Shown here: positions 37,448 to 47,109 of the stretch, one piece after another
Position numbering within the stretch: position 1 is the stretch's first letter
Layout of the letters: every line of letters begins with the position of its first letter
Assembly: GCA_044347565.1 (NCBI GenBank)
Contig: JBIKUN010000004.1
Coordinates: 1,295 to 65,294, forward strand
DNA: 64,000 nt
Origin: Vicinamibacterales bacterium
GTDB lineage: Bacteria > Acidobacteriota > Vicinamibacteria > Vicinamibacterales > UBA2999
Direction of reading: 5' to 3'
Notes under the pieces: model-generated
Database searches by the model: none
Seen by the model: only the letters and a program-made list of their open reading frames with translations
Told to the model about the DNA's origin: nothing
Made by a program: the position numbers and the translations under genes

Positions 37448-38459
37448 CACGAGACCGCGACGTCCACGGTGTGCCAGCCCTGCGCGCCGCTCGGGAAGTT
37501 GCCGCGCCGCGCCGCGGGCTGCACGACGCCGTCGCCATCGGTCGCGCGCACGCTGAGCCGCAGCGGCCCCGGCACCGGCGTGAAGGGACACGTCCAGAGG
37601 CGCCACGCCGCCGGTGCGATCACCGGTTGCAATTCCGCGTCCATCCACAGCAGCCCGCCGGGCGCCTGATCCGGCGTGCCCACGCCCACTTCCACGCGCG
37701 TGATGCCGCGGTCGCCCGCGAAGGCGATGCCGCCGAGCGTGGTCGCCACGCCGGGCCGCAGTGATTCACCGGCGCGCGGCATGTCGAAGCGCGAGAGCGT
37801 CATGAAGGGCGCGGTGTCACTCCAGCCCTGGCGCTGCCAGTAGCCCTGGTGGTCACCTTCGATGAGCTCGATGGCCTCGATCCACTTCGCGTGTTTCATG
37901 CCGTAGATGCCGGGCACGATCGCGCGCACCGGCGCGCCGTGCGCCTGCGGCAATGGCTCGCCGTTCATGCCCCACACGAGCAGCGTCTCGGCGTCGAGCG
38001 CCGTGGTCACGGGGATGCTGTCGGTGTAGTTGTCGGCGCAGATCCACACGAGATCCACGGCGGCGCGGTCCACGCCGCCGGCGCGCTCGAGCACGTCGCG
38101 CAGCCGCACGCCCGTCCAGCGCGCATTGCCGATGGCGCGCGCCGGGATGCCGTTGCTGATGCAGCCGAGCGTCACCGCCGACTCCACCGCCGGCATCGCT
38201 CGCAGGTCGTCGAGCGTCAGCGACAGCGCGCGGCCGACGAGGCCGTTCACTTCGAGCGACCAGCGGCCGGCGTCCACGCGCGGGTCGAACAGTTTGTTCT
38301 TGGAGACCGTGTAGAAGAGATCCGCGTCGGTGAAGGCAGGCGACAGTCCGGGCGGCCACGAGACATCTCTCGCGGCCATCCCGGCATTGCCGAAGTAGCG
38401 GTAGGCGCCGAACGCGACGGCGCCCGCCCCGAGCACGGATAACGCCTGTCGTCGCTGCA

Positions 38460-38460
<1 letters not shown>
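37447..38460 (-). CDS. Sulfite-oxidase-family molybdopterin oxidoreductase with an Ig-like dimerisation domain and an N-terminal RR/TM segment
   Basis: GTG 38460 shares one nt with the sodA TAG. The N-terminus is MQRRQALSVLGAGAVAFGAY. The core contains LGCISNGIPARAIGNARWTGVRLRDVL (Mo-ligand Cys region) and VPGIYGMKHAKWI. Confidence 0.8.
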
Positions 38461-39062
<602 letters not shown>

Positions 39063-39129
39063 GGAACGAGCCTCCTCAGGGACGATGCGTCTGATTGACG
39101 GACGCAGGAATCGTATCAAACGTAGGACG

Positions 39130-39145
39130 CCGGACGCGTGTCCGG
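39130..39145 (-). terminator. Hairpin CCGGAC-acgc-GTCCGG downstream of nadA
   Basis: A 6-bp stem 24 nt after stop 39169..39171, followed by ...ACGTTTG. Confidence 0.35.
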
Positions 39146-39168
39146 CGGTGCGGCGGCGACCGGCCGCG

Positions 39169-40320
39169 TCAGTGGATCGCCAGCATGCGGTCGAGGGCCA
39201 CGCGCCCCCAGTGGATCTGGTGCTCGGGCACTTCCACCTGGTTGACGACCTGCCCCTCGACGAGCCCTTCGAGCACCCACAGCAGATGATTCGGCGACAC
39301 GCGGAACATCGTGGAGCAGAGACAGCCGAGCGCGTCGAGCGAGAGCACGGTGATGCCGTGCGGCGCCACCTCGTCGGCCAGCCGGTGCACGAGATGCACC
39401 TCTGTGCCCACGGCCCAGACCGAGCCGGGCGCGCCGGCGCGCACCTGCGACAGGATGTATTCGGTCGAGCCGCTGTCGTCGGCGGCCTCCACGACCTCGA
39501 ACGGCACCTCTGGATGCACGATCACACGCACACCCGGATGCTGCTGCCGCACGAGCGCGATCTGCTTCGCGCTGAAGCGGACGTGCACCGAGCAGTGCCC
39601 CTTCCACAGGATGAGGCGCGCGGCGTCCACCTGCTCGCGCGTGAGCCCGCCGAAGGGCTGCTTCGGATCCCACACGACCATCTGGTCGAGCGGCACGCCC
39701 ATGCGGAAATACGCCGTGTTGCGGCCCAGGTGCTGATCCGGCAGGAAGAGGATCTTCTCCTTCTGCTCCCAGCCCCACGTGAGCACCGCCGCTGCGTTCG
39801 ACGACGTGCACACCGTGCCCCCATGCTCGCCGACGAGCGACTTAATCGCCGCGGCCGAGTTGATGTAGGTCACCGGCACCGTGCGCGCCGCCATGCCCAT
39901 CTGCTCGAGTTCGCTCCAGCAGATGGCCAGTTCGTCGGCCGGCGCCATGTCGGCCATCGAGCAGCCGGCGGCGAGATCCGGCAGGATCACCTTCTGGTGC
40001 GGCAGCGCGAGCACGTCGGCGCTCTCGGCCATGAAATGCACGCCGCAGAACACGATGAATTCCGCGTCCGGGTGTCTCGCCACTTCCCGCGACAGCTTGA
40101 ACGAGTCGCCGGTGTAGTCGGCGAACCGGATCACTTCATCGCGCTGGTAATGGTGGCCCAGAATGACGAGCCGAGCGCCGAGCGTGGCGCGGGCCGCGGC
40201 GATGCGCGCGGCCATCTCGTCATCGGGCAGGCCGAGATACCGCTCGGGCAGCGGCTGGCGCTCGCGGATGCTGGCCTTCTCGACTTCGTTGAGGACCGGC
40301 AGATACGTGCCTGTCGTCAT
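39169..40320 (-). CDS. nadA: Quinolinate synthase
   Basis: ATG 40320 ([12 protein letters not shown]...). NadA repeats are present, with cluster Cys residues in [16 protein letters not shown] and CSTM contexts. Confidence 0.9.
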   Translation of the reverse strand: MTTGTYLPVLNEVEKASIRERQPLPERYLGLPDDEMAARIAAARATLGARLVILGHHYQRDEVIRFADYTGDSFKLSREVARHPDAEFIVFCGVHFMAESADVLALPHQKVILPDLAAGCSMADMAPADELAICWSELEQMGMAARTVPVTYINSAAAIKSLVGEHGGTVCTSSNAAAVLTWGWEQKEKILFLPDQHLGRNTAYFRMGVPLDQMVVWDPKQPFGGLTREQVDAARLILWKGHCSVHVRFSAKQIALVRQQHPGVRVIVHPEVPFEVVEAADDSGSTEYILSQVRAGAPGSVWAVGTEVHLVHRLADEVAPHGITVLSLDALGCLCSTMFRVSPNHLLWVLEGLVEGQVVNQVEVPEHQIHWGRVALDRMLAIH

Positions 40321-40397
40321 CGGCGTCCCTCTCCTGCCGCGCCTGGCTGCTCGGAGACTGCGACCTTGTGAAACATTTCGCAATCTCCGGACGCGAA

Positions 40398-40443
40398 AAG
40401 ACCAAGGTGGCCGGCGGGCTATCGCGGCCGGGTCACCTTGGCC
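40398..40443 (-). terminator. Strong terminator-like hairpin with a U-run inside the nadA leader
   Basis: On the minus strand, CCAAGGTG-(GC-rich inner stem and loop)-CACCTTGG is followed by TCTTTTC. It sits 78-123 nt upstream of the nadA ATG, and no upstream co-directional gene exists for it to terminate. Confidence 0.45.
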
Positions 40444-40560
40444 TCGAATTTCGATGCTATCACGTCACCCGACGATAGCCGTGGCCCCTGCCGGCGGCGT
40501 TCGTCGCATGGCGGAGTGCCCGGATCGTCTGAGCGGTGTCACCGGGCCGAGGAGTCCCCC

Positions 40561-41103
40561 ATGTCGACGTGTCAGCCCCCGCGCGGGTCTCGTCCCCCAC
40601 AGTTCTGTCTCGCATTCGCTCTCGTGCTTCTGGCCGCGGCTGGCGCCAGCCCGGCCATGGCGCAATCGCCCCTGCGCACCCTGCCGGGTCTGACCGACAT
40701 TGCCGTCTACGAGGCCACCTCGACGGTGACCCGAAACGCTTTCGGCCCGAACTCGCCGGAGCTCGCGACCAGGCGCAGTGTGCTTGACAACGGCAGCCGC
40801 GACGTGGTCTCGTTCCAGACTCTCGGCTCGGCCAGCGGCTTCGAGCTGAGCGCCACGTCGACCATCGTGCGGCCGGGGCTGCAGACGACCTTGTCGTGGA
40901 CCGATCGCGGCCTGACTGCCGGGCCGCAGTACGGCATCTTTGCCGGCCCGGCGGGCGCGGCGTCACTGAGCCTGGTGGCGACGCAGCAATGCTGCGTGCT
41001 GACCGTGCCACACGCCAGCGTGGCCCCGGGCTCCTACGACGTCTACGTGCAGGACTCGAACGGCGTCCGCAGCAACCGCGTGACGATTCGGTTCGATCCC
41101 TGA
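40561..41103 (+). CDS. Secreted hypothetical protein (C-terminal IPT/TIG-like beta-sandwich suspected)
   Basis: ATG 40561. CLAFALVLLAAAGASPAMAQ is a signal peptide. The C-terminus is LTVPHASVAPGSYDVYVQDSNGVRSNRVTIRF. Confidence 0.55.
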   Translation: MSTCQPPRGSRPPQFCLAFALVLLAAAGASPAMAQSPLRTLPGLTDIAVYEATSTVTRNAFGPNSPELATRRSVLDNGSRDVVSFQTLGSASGFELSATSTIVRPGLQTTLSWTDRGLTAGPQYGIFAGPAGAASLSLVATQQCCVLTVPHASVAPGSYDVYVQDSNGVRSNRVTIRFDP

Positions 41104-41155
41104 ATCCCGGGGCGGTCCGGTATCACGGGCGGCGTTCACGTTACGATCGGGCGCC

Positions 41156-41983
41156 GTGCCCGAACTGCCCGAGGTTGACTTCGTGCGCCGCATGCTGGCG
41201 CCGGTGATGACCGGCGCCCGCGTGGAGGCGCTGCTCGTCCGCCGCGCCACGCTGCGCATCCCCTTCCCCGCCGGCTTCGAGGACCGGCTCGTCGGCCACA
41301 CGGTGACGGCCGTGACACGGCGCGCGAAGTACCTGCTCGCGGCGCTCTCGTCCGGCGAGACGCTCATCGTGCACCTCGGCATGTCGGGCTGGTTCCGCGT
41401 GGAACGCGCCGCCGGTCCGGAGTTCGACGCCGAGCCCGGCGACACCGACGATGACCCGAAGCACGACCACGTCGTGTTCCGCCTGTCGACCGGCATGCTC
41501 GTCACGTTCAACGATCCGCGGCGCTTCGGGCTGATGGACCTGGCCGGGCGGGGCGAACTGGCATCGCACAAGGCGCTGAAGGATCTCGGGCCCGAGCCGC
41601 TCTCGGCCGACTTCGACGCCGCGGCGCTGGCGCGGGCCTGTCACCGTCGCAGGACGCCGATCAAGGTCGCGCTGCTCGACCAGACGGTCGTGGCCGGCGT
41701 GGGCAACATCTACGCGAGCGAAGCGTGTTTCGAAGCGCGGATCTCGCCGAAGCGGAAGGCCGCGGCCATTGCGACCGCCACCGGCGCCCCGCGTCCGCAG
41801 GCAGGGGCGCTCGGGGCCGCCGTCGTGAAGGTGCTCGAACGCGCGATCGCGAAGCCCACCGCGCGCTTCAAAGTGTACGAACGCGCCGGCACGCGGTGTC
41901 CGCGGCGGAGTTGCAGAGGGACGATCCGGCGGATCGTGCAGGCCGGACGGTCAACGTTCTACTGCCCGGTCTGTCAGAGGTAG
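41156..41983 (+). CDS. mutM: Formamidopyrimidine-DNA glycosylase
   Basis: MPELPEV is the catalytic N-terminus, followed by H2TH and a C-terminal zinc finger CPRRSCRGTIRRIVQAGRSTFYCPVCQ. Confidence 0.9.
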   Translation: MPELPEVDFVRRMLAPVMTGARVEALLVRRATLRIPFPAGFEDRLVGHTVTAVTRRAKYLLAALSSGETLIVHLGMSGWFRVERAAGPEFDAEPGDTDDDPKHDHVVFRLSTGMLVTFNDPRRFGLMDLAGRGELASHKALKDLGPEPLSADFDAAALARACHRRRTPIKVALLDQTVVAGVGNIYASEACFEARISPKRKAAAIATATGAPRPQAGALGAAVVKVLERAIAKPTARFKVYERAGTRCPRRSCRGTIRRIVQAGRSTFYCPVCQR

Positions 41984-42012
41984 GTGGATCGGGGCCAGTC
42001 CCTCTTCGAGCC

Positions 42013-43122
42013 CTAGGCGACGGCGGCGGGCACGCGCACGACGTTGTAGAGCGTGTCGCGTTCGATCGGCTCACGGCCCGCGTCGCGGATGATGCGCTCG
42101 ATCTGATCGGTGCTGAGCGCGGTCGGCGTCGTCGAGCCGGCCATGTGGTAGATCGTCTCTTCCTGCACGGTGCCGTCGAGGTCGTCGGCCCCGAACCACA
42201 GCGCCGTCTGCGCCAGTTCCACGCTGGTCGAAATCCAGTACGCCTTGATGTGGTCGACGTTGTCGAGCAGCAGGCGCGCCACGGCGTGCGTGCGCAGCGT
42301 GTCGGTGGCGGTGGGCGCCGGCAGCTTGCGCATCTGGTTGTTGTCGGGATGGAAGGCCAGCGGGATGAACGCCTGAAGGCCGCCGGTCTCGTCCTGCAGA
42401 GCCCGAATCTGCAGCAGGTGATCGACCCGTTCGGCCAGCGTCTCGATGTGGCCGTAGAGCATCGTCATGTTCGTGCGCATGCCGAGCGCGTGCGCGGTGC
42501 GGTGCACGCTGAGGTAGCGGTCGCCGTCGCACTTGTCGTACGAGATCTTCTTCCGCACGCGCGGCGCGAAGATCTCGGCGCCGCCGCCGGGCAGCGAGTC
42601 GAGGCCGGCCGCGCGCAGTTCCTCGAGCACCTGGCGGTCCGTCTTGCCGTAGTGATCGGCGAAGAAGGCGATCTCGACCGCGGTGAAACATTTCAGGTGG
42701 ATGCCCGGCCGCACGCCCTTCAGGCCGCGCAGCAGGTCGATGTAGTAGCTGAAGGGCAGCTCGGGATGCAGACCGTTCACCATGTGCACTTCGGTGAGGG
42801 GCTCGCCGGCACGGGCGCGCAGGCGGTCGAGGATCTGCTCGACCGACGCCGTGTGGGCGCCGGCCATGCCTTCCTTGAGGCGGGCGAACGAACAGAAGAG
42901 ACACGAGGCCTCGCAGACGTTCGTGGCCTCGAGCCGCAGGTTGTGATTGAAGTACGTCTTCGCGCCGTGACGGCGCTCGCGCTCGCGGTTGGCGAGCCAG
43001 CCGACGCCGAGGAATTCCGGCGTCTCGAACAGGCGCACGCCGTCGTCGAAGGTCAGGCGCTCGCGCGCCTCGACCTTCTCGACGATCTCCGCGAGTCCGG
43101 CGCGCTGCAGTCGTTCACGCAT
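42013..43122 (-). CDS. MqnE/MqnC-family radical SAM enzyme (futalosine menaquinone pathway)
   Basis: ATG 43122 (MRERLQRAGLAEIVEKV...). The motifs CEASCLFCSF (CxxxCxxC) and LYGHIET / IPLAFHP are typical of the Mqn radical-SAM family. I cannot separate MqnE from MqnC by eye. Confidence 0.8.
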   Translation of the reverse strand: MRERLQRAGLAEIVEKVEARERLTFDDGVRLFETPEFLGVGWLANRERERRHGAKTYFNHNLRLEATNVCEASCLFCSFARLKEGMAGAHTASVEQILDRLRARAGEPLTEVHMVNGLHPELPFSYYIDLLRGLKGVRPGIHLKCFTAVEIAFFADHYGKTDRQVLEELRAAGLDSLPGGGAEIFAPRVRKKISYDKCDGDRYLSVHRTAHALGMRTNMTMLYGHIETLAERVDHLLQIRALQDETGGLQAFIPLAFHPDNNQMRKLPAPTATDTLRTHAVARLLLDNVDHIKAYWISTSVELAQTALWFGADDLDGTVQEETIYHMAGSTTPTALSTDQIERIIRDAGREPIERDTLYNVVRVPAAVA

Positions 43123-43130
43123 CAGCACTT

Positions 43131-43165
43131 CCCCGAGCCCCGGGCCCCGGGTCCCGGTCCCCGCC
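43131..43165 (-). repeat. Degenerate CCCCGGG heptad array (about 5 units) in the yjbQ-mqn intercistronic spacer
   Basis: The + strand reads ccccgag ccccggg ccccggg tcccggt ccccgcc. It shares GGGCCCCG(G/A)GTCCCGGTC with 59163-59199. Confidence 0.7.
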
Positions 43166-43166
43166 G

Positions 43167-43670
43167 TTAGGAGACGCCCCACACCTGCGCGCGCAGGGTG
43201 CGGGACCGCGGACCGTCGAGCTCGGCCATCAGGATGCGCTGCCACTGGCCCAGCACTACTTCGCCGCCGCTGATCTGCAGCGTGAGCGAATGGCCGAGCA
43301 GCATGGCGCGCAGATGCGAGTCGGCGTTCATCCGATCGCAATCCGAATGATCGGGGTCGTTGTGCTGGTAGTAGCTGTCACGCGCCACCATCTCTTCGAG
43401 GAAGCGACGGATGTCGGTGAGCAGCGCCTTCTGGAATTCGTTGATGAAGACCGAGCACGTGGTGTGCATGGACCACAGTGTGATCATGCCCTCCTTGATG
43501 TCGAACTTCCGCACGTATTCCATCACGCGGTCGGTGAGGTCCACGAGCTCGAGCCGCTCGTCGGTGTCGATGACGAAGTTCTCGCCATGGATGACGAGGC
43601 CGCCAGTCGTCGCGCGGGCTACCGCCTCAACAGGGGTTTCGCGGACGGTCACGGTCGAACTCTTGCTCAT
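43167..43670 (-). CDS. yjbQ: YjbQ/UPF0047 family (secondary thiamine-phosphate synthase-like)
   Basis: ATG 43670. The sequence contains GMITLWSMHTTCSVFINE...DSHLRAMLLGHSLTLQISGGEVVLGQWQRI. Confidence 0.85.
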   Translation of the reverse strand: MSKSSTVTVRETPVEAVARATTGGLVIHGENFVIDTDERLELVDLTDRVMEYVRKFDIKEGMITLWSMHTTCSVFINEFQKALLTDIRRFLEEMVARDSYYQHNDPDHSDCDRMNADSHLRAMLLGHSLTLQISGGEVVLGQWQRILMAELDGPRSRTLRAQVWGVS

Positions 43671-43777
43671 GATTCCTCTCAGGTCGCCAGCCCCGGCTGG
43701 CCGTGTGACATCCAAACACAAACGCTGCATTTTACGCAAACTTCATGGGCCGCTGCAATCGGGGCTATACTGCCCGT

Positions 43778-43985
43778 TCAATCGACGCGATCCCGTGGCT
43801 GGCCAGGGAAGCTGGGTGCAAATCCCACACGGTCCCGCCACTGTAAGCGGAAAGCGTACGCCCACAGACCGGCCCGAGCCGGTCCGTCACTGCCGCCAGG
43901 CGCCGTCGGGCGCCATATGCGGGGGGAAGACGCGGACGTCGCGCACCACTCCGCGAGTCAGGAGACCTCCTCCACGGGCCCACGT
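43778..43985 (+). promoter_or_regulatory. Cobalamin (B12) riboswitch
   Basis: Contains AGGGAAGCTGGGTGCAAATCCCACACGGTCCCGCCACTGT (conserved core) and the B12 box AGTCAGGAGACCTCC (43956-43970). CCTCCTC (43966-43972) is complementary to the SD GAGGAGG (44037-44043). The boundaries are approximate. Confidence 0.8.
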
Positions 43986-44048
43986 CCTTCAGCCGCCGAC
44001 CCATTCAGGGACGTCGGTTTCGGCGCGGAGAACGCCGAGGAGGGGCTC

Positions 44049-46343
44049 ATGTACGACGATCAGTCGTCGTCCGTTTGGACGACGCCACCCCATTGCCGGG
44101 TCCAGAGATTCCGTCAGGCACTCGCCGCCCTGACCGCGACCCTGCTGTCTGCCCCCCTCGCCAGCGCCGACCCGCTCGGCGGCCGGGTGCTCGGCCCCGA
44201 CGGACAGCCCGCGGCGGGCGCCACGGTGACCGTGGCGGGCCCGCTCGCGGTCCCCGCGACCACCACAACCGACGCCGACGGCCGCTTCACCCTGGACCTG
44301 CCGCCTGGCACCGTGACGCTGCGGGCCTTCGCGCCCGGCATGGACGCCCCGGCGGTGCGTGTGGACGCCGGCCGCACCGACCTCGAAGTGACGCTCGCCG
44401 TGCGCGCCGTGAGCGAGGTGCTGACGGTCACGGGCGCGCAGGTCGACACGCCGCTCTCGCTCGCCGGCTCGAGCGTCAGCGTCCTCACGCGCGAAGAACT
44501 CGACGCCCGGCAGACGCTCACCCTCGGCGACGCGCTGCGCCTCGTGCCCGGCTTCACCGTGGCGCGCAGCGGCGGCCCTGGCACGGTCACGTCGATTTTT
44601 CCACGCGGCGGCGAGTCGGACTTCACGCTGGTGCTCGTGGACGGCGTGCGGGCCAACGCCTTCGGCGGCGGCCTCGACCTCTCGCAGGTGCCGGTGGCCG
44701 ACGCGGCGCGTATCGAAGTCGTGCGCGGCCCGCAGAGCGCGCTCTACGGGTCGGACGCCATCGGCGGCGTCATCCAGATTGTCACCGCGCGCGGTGGTCC
44801 CGTGATGGCCACGGCCTTCGCGGAAGCCGGTGGACGCGCCGCACGTAACGGCGCCGCCACCGTGCGGGCCGGCGGCGCGCGCTGGCAGGGCGCGGCATCG
44901 CTCTCACATCAGCGCGAGGAGGGCTTCACCGGCCCCGCGCCGGCCGACGGCAGTGCGGTGACGAACGACGACAGCCGTCTCTCGCAGGGCGGCGCGAGCC
45001 TCGGCTGGCTCGGCGTGGGCGGCCAGGAGTTGACGGCGTCGCTGCAGTACGTGGACACGGACCGCGGCGCACCGGGCCCGTTCGGCGCGAACCCCGCCGG
45101 CAACTTCGGCGGTGTCGACCGCACGTCGCGCGGACTCACCGCACGGCGCATGCTGGCGCTGCGCGCCGTGCAGCCGCTCGGCGGCGCGGCGAGCCGCGTG
45201 CGGCTGCGCGCCGAGGCCGACGTGGCCGACCTCGACATCGAGTTCCGCGGCAACTTCGGGTCGCGCGGCGAGACGCGGCGCCGGCATGGCCGCGTGCAGC
45301 TGGATGCCGCCGCCACGGCCACGCTCGGCGTGAGCGCCGGCGCCGACGTCATCGGCGAGAGCGGCCGCAGCACGTTCATCACGGCCGGCGCGGCCGAGGT
45401 GCCCATCGAACGCAGCGCCGTCGCGGCCTTCGCCGAAGGCCGCTGGCAGCCCGGGGATCGGCTGAGCGTCACGGCCGGCGTCCGCGCCGAACGCATCACA
45501 CGCGATGCCCTGGCGGCGAATCCCTCGGCCTTCTCGGCGCGGCCGGCGTTTGCGGCGGACACGATCGTATCGGTGAATCCGAAACTGACCGCGGCGTGGA
45601 CGCTCGTGCCCGCGGCGACGCCGCGCGGCGCCTCCACGCGCCTGCGCGTCGCGGCCGGCACCGGCATCCGCCCGCCCGACGCCTTCGAAATCGCCTTCAC
45701 CGATAACCCCGGCCTCGCGCCCGAGCGCAGCCGGAGCGTCGAAGGCGGTCTCGTGCAGACGTTCGCGGGCGGCGCCGTGCAGGCCGATGCTACCGTCTTC
45801 CATAACACCTACGACGACCTCATCATCTCCGTGGGGCGGCTGAGCGGCACGAGCCGCTACCGCACCGACAACATCGCCAACGCCCGCGCCCGCGGCGCCG
45901 AGGTCGCGCTGGCGTGGCGTCCGCGCGCGGCCGTCGCGGCCCGTGGGCACTACACCTGGCTCGACACCGCGGTGCTCGACGTGGACGGCGCGGCCGGACA
46001 GGCACCGTCGCCGTTCGCCGTGGGCGACCGGCTGCTGCGGCGTCCCACGCACCAGGGCGGTGTGGATCTCACGTGGACCGGCGCGCGTCTGCAGGCGTTC
46101 GCCACGGCGAGTCTGCGCGGCCGCACACTCGACGTCGAGCCGAACTTCGGCGCCTTCGGCGGACTCTTCGAGAACGACGGTTACCACGTGGTCACGCTCG
46201 GCGGCGCCTGGACGCTCGCGTCGCGACTCACACTGCACGCGCGCGTCGCCAACGCGTTCGGCGCCACCTACGAAGACGTGCTCGGTTACCCGGCCCTCGG
46301 CCGCACGCTCTATGCGGGCTTTCGCGTTGCTGCACGCCGCTGA
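44049..46343 (+). CDS. btuB: TonB-dependent outer-membrane receptor with an N-terminal carboxypeptidase-regulatory-like domain (cobalamin uptake inferred from the riboswitch)
   Basis: ATG 44049 follows GAGGAGGGG. The sequence has a signal peptide, GRVLGPDGQPAAGATVTVAG, the plug motif IEVVRGPQSALYGSDAIGGVIQIVT, and a long barrel. Confidence 0.8.
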   Translation: MYDDQSSSVWTTPPHCRVQRFRQALAALTATLLSAPLASADPLGGRVLGPDGQPAAGATVTVAGPLAVPATTTTDADGRFTLDLPPGTVTLRAFAPGMDAPAVRVDAGRTDLEVTLAVRAVSEVLTVTGAQVDTPLSLAGSSVSVLTREELDARQTLTLGDALRLVPGFTVARSGGPGTVTSIFPRGGESDFTLVLVDGVRANAFGGGLDLSQVPVADAARIEVVRGPQSALYGSDAIGGVIQIVTARGGPVMATAFAEAGGRAARNGAATVRAGGARWQGAASLSHQREEGFTGPAPADGSAVTNDDSRLSQGGASLGWLGVGGQELTASLQYVDTDRGAPGPFGANPAGNFGGVDRTSRGLTARRMLALRAVQPLGGAASRVRLRAEADVADLDIEFRGNFGSRGETRRRHGRVQLDAAATATLGVSAGADVIGESGRSTFITAGAAEVPIERSAVAAFAEGRWQPGDRLSVTAGVRAERITRDALAANPSAFSARPAFAADTIVSVNPKLTAAWTLVPAATPRGASTRLRVAAGTGIRPPDAFEIAFTDNPGLAPERSRSVEGGLVQTFAGGAVQADATVFHNTYDDLIISVGRLSGTSRYRTDNIANARARGAEVALAWRPRAAVAARGHYTWLDTAVLDVDGAAGQAPSPFAVGDRLLRRPTHQGGVDLTWTGARLQAFATASLRGRTLDVEPNFGAFGGLFENDGYHVVTLGGAWTLASRLTLHARVANAFGATYEDVLGYPALGRTLYAGFRVAARR

Positions 46344-47109
46344 CCTCACCTTCGCCTACGACGCGACACGACCCGTGCTGGCGGGCGTGTCGCTCGAGGT
46401 GACGCGCGGCGCCATCGTCGGCATCCTCGGGCCGAACGGCTCGGGCAAGACGACGCTGCTCGGCGTGCTCGGCGGCACGCGCCGGCCCACGGGCGGCACC
46501 ATCACGCTCGATGGCCGGCCGCTCGCCTCCTTCTCACGGCGCGCCCTGGCCACCCGCATCGCCGTCGTGCCGCAGGAGACGCATCTCGCCTTCGAGTACA
46601 CGGTGCTCGAGATGGTGCTCATGGGACGGCATCCGCATCTGGGGCTGTTCGAAGTGGAAGGTCCCGCGGACGTGGCCACCGCGCGAGACGCGCTGGCCGC
46701 CGTGCACGCCGCGCATCTCGAAGACCGCGACTTCATGACGCTCAGCGGCGGCGAGAAACAGCGTGTGGTCATCGCCGCGGCGCTCGCGCAGGCCACCGAC
46801 GTGCTGCTGCTCGATGAGCCGACGTCGTCGCTCGATCTCGGCGCGCAGCTCGAGATCGCACAGCTCCTCGGCCGCCTCAACGCCGAACGCGGGGTCACGA
46901 TCGTCGTCTCCACGCACGACCTCGCGCTCGCCTCGGGCATCTGCCGCGAGCTCGTGCTGCTGCGCCACGGACGTGTGGTGGCGGCCGGGCCTACGGCCGC
47001 GGTGCTCTCGAGCGAGAACGTGCGCGCACTCTACGACGTGGACGCCGACGTCCACGTGCATGCCGCGACCGGCCACCTGGTGGTGGTGCCGCTCCACCGC
47101 ACGCCATGA
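46312..47109 (+). CDS. btuD: ABC transporter ATPase (FecE/BtuD type); start uncertain
   Basis: Walker A is GPNGSGKTTLL, the signature is LSGGEKQRV and Walker B is LLLDEP. ATG 46312 overlaps the receptor gene by 32 nt, and a later TTG/CTG start is possible. Confidence 0.85.
   Translation: MRAFALLHAADLTFAYDATRPVLAGVSLEVTRGAIVGILGPNGSGKTTLLGVLGGTRRPTGGTITLDGRPLASFSRRALATRIAVVPQETHLAFEYTVLEMVLMGRHPHLGLFEVEGPADVATARDALAAVHAAHLEDRDFMTLSGGEKQRVVIAAALAQATDVLLLDEPTSSLDLGAQLEIAQLLGRLNAERGVTIVVSTHDLALASGICRELVLLRHGRVVAAGPTAAVLSSENVRALYDVDADVHVHAATGHLVVVPLHRTP

Noticed and set aside
40321-40560. Known nadA-motif (NAD+ class I) riboswitch upstream of nadA
   Set aside because: I could not find the tandem domains with the conserved CCCC-containing internal loops that I remember for that motif on the nadA-sense strand. 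The region is kept as an open candidate in the findings, and it needs cmsearch to settle.
43131-43165. Heptad arrays considered as a CRISPR array or as coding Pro-Gly repeats
   Set aside because: The units are 7 nt with no spacers, and each array is under 40 nt, so this is not CRISPR. The arrays lie between a stop codon and the next start codon, and no frame continues from the flanking genes.
43290-44048. 5' extension of the 1017-aa ORF 43290..46343
   Set aside because: The extension runs antisense through yjbQ and straight through the cobalamin riboswitch. The receptor starts at ATG 44049, behind a GAGGAGG SD.
46312-46343. 32-nt overlap between the TonB-dependent receptor and the ABC ATPase, considered as evidence of a frameshift or fusion
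   Set aside because: It is more simply explained by an alternative downstream TTG/CTG start for the ATPase (MLHAADLTFAY...). The two reading frames differ and both genes are complete.
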